From NCBI GenBank assembly GCA_004347685.1, contig SLTJ01000032.1:118371-182370 (forward strand): DNA of 64,000 nucleotides, in the 5' to 3' direction. This document shows, one piece after another, positions 62,987 through 64,000 of the stretch. A program made the translations under genes and the position numbers. This DNA is from Clostridia bacterium. Its GTDB lineage: Bacteria > Bacillota > DSM-521 > Neomoorellales > SLTJ01. The stretch's first letter is position 1. Every line of letters starts with the position of its first letter. The notes beneath the pieces were generated by a model that saw only the letters and a program-made list of their open reading frames with translations, had not been told where the DNA came from and ran no database searches.

Positions 62987-64000
62987 GAAATAATCGTAGC
63001 CCACACCAATGAGGCCGAGTACCGGGCCTTTATAAGCAACCCCAAAAACGAGGCCCTGCGCTCCCGCATCATCGTCATCCCGGTGCCCTACAACCTGAAG
63101 GTGAGCCAGGAAGTAAAGATCTACGAGAAGCTCATCCGCGAGGCGGATATTGACGTGCACGTGGCTCCTTACGCCCTGTGGACGGCAGCCATTTTTTCCG
63201 TGCTGACGCGCCTCAAGGAATCCAAGAAGCAGGGCATGGACTTGCTGAAGAAAATGAAGCTGTACGACGGCGAGGACGTAGAGGGGTTCAAGCAGAAGGA
63301 CGTGGCCGAGCTGCAGGCCGAGGCCGAAGGAGAGGGCATGAGCGGAATAGATCCTCGTTACGTGATAAACCGCATCTCCAGCGCCCTGATTACCAAGGAT
63401 ACGAAATGCATAAACGCCCTGGACATTCTGCGCGCCTTAAAGGATGGGCTGGACCAGCATCCCTCCATAACCAGGGAGGACCGGGAGAAATATTTTAACC
63501 TCCTGGCCTTGGCCCGCCAAGAGTACGACGAGGTGGCCAAGAAGGAAGTGCAGCGGGCCTTTGTTTACTCCTATGAGGAATCGGCCCGGACCTTGTTTGA
63601 GAATTACCTGGACAACGTGGAGGCCTTCTGCAATGGGGTGAAGGTCAAGGACCCCATCAGCGGCGAGGAACTGGAGCCGGACGAGAAACTCATGCGCTCC
63701 ATTGAGGAACAGATCGGGGTGGCGGAAAGCGCCAAGAAGGCTTTCCGCGAGGAAATCCTCATCCGCCTTTCTACCTATGCCCGCAAGGGCAAGCGTTTTG
63801 AGTACAGCTCACACGAACGGCTGCGCGAGGCCATTGAAAAAAAGCTATTTAGCGACCTGAAGGACGTGGTAAAAATAACCACTTCCAGCAAGACTCCCGA
63901 CCCCGAGCAGCTCAAGCGTCTCAATGCCGTGGTGGACCGGCTGGTATCCAGCCACGGGTATTGCCCTGTCTGTGCCAACGAACTTCTGAAATACACCGGA
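62987..64000 (+). CDS. prkA: PrkA serine protein kinase, 3' segment (continues beyond window)
   Basis: E-IIVAHTNEAEYRAFISNPKNEALRSRIIVIPVPYNLKVSQEVKIYEKLI... is open to the last base of the window. Absent from the ORF track because it has no stop codon in the window. Confidence 0.9.

Larger units (their letters stand above)
13463..62991. mobile_element. Integrative and conjugative element (~49.5 kb) inserted in prkA
   Basis: TGAAAT at 13457-13462 and 62986-62991. Removing 13463-62991 restores ...ISADEIIVAHTNE... The element carries a serine recombinase, relaxase, T4CP, VirB4/VirB6-like genes and a Tad pilus operon, with no phage structural genes. Confidence 0.85.

Noticed and set aside
13463-62991. 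The inserted element as a prophage (skin- or SPbeta-like).
   Set aside because: No terminase, portal, capsid, tail or lysis genes were seen. Instead there are a relaxase, T4CP, VirB4/VirB6-like genes and a pilus operon, so an ICE is the better call.
1-64000. CRISPR arrays, tRNA/rRNA genes and IS elements with terminal inverted repeats.
   Set aside because: No regularly spaced direct repeats with unique spacers, no cloverleaf-like or rRNA-like segments and no transposase ORFs were seen. The only repeats are those listed as features.

Overview
The window has two parts. Part one (1-13462 and 62987-64000) is a conserved, GC-rich chromosomal backbone of a spore-forming Firmicute: xseA-xseB-ispA-[OLE RNA]-oapA-dxs-tlyA-nadK-argR-recN, then DUF3343, a zinc-ribbon protein, a YkgJ-like protein, queG, a cupin-type pgi and prkA. 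Part two is a ~49.5 kb integrative and conjugative element (ICE, 13463-62991) inserted inside the prkA coding sequence. The hexamer TGAAAT occurs at both junctions, and joining them restores one PrkA ORF. A large serine recombinase lies 2 kb inside the left end. The ICE carries: (a) several toxin-antitoxin cassettes (YgiT/HEPN/MNT, PIN, UPF0175-MNT/HEPN, MqsR/MqsA) in a rearranged cargo region with a cpaB'-'ssb chimera; (b) a complete secretin-less Tad/Flp pilus operon; (c) a 1724-aa multi-PKD surface protein; (d) a putative replication protein with internal iteron-like repeats; (e) radC behind a duplicated multi-hairpin module; (f) a Gram-positive-type T4SS with a VirD4-like coupling protein split by a group II intron, VirB6-like, VirB3/PrgI-like, a two-piece VirB4 and an M23 hydrolase; (g) an AAA ATPase + S8 protease pair resembling the Iet defence system; (h) a TadZ-like ATPase, an RHH protein, a MobL-like relaxase and ParM/ParR-like genes; (i) a right-end regulatory region with three class-I c-di-GMP riboswitches. 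Two of those riboswitches sit behind poly-G tracts (G16, G13). The three riboswitches precede, respectively, an uncharacterised surface/CheX-like/sigma operon, an HD-GYP phosphodiesterase, and a Tn916 orf8/orf7-like regulator pair. No phage structural genes, CRISPR arrays, rRNA or tRNA genes were seen. All family assignments come from reading motifs by eye; no searches were run.
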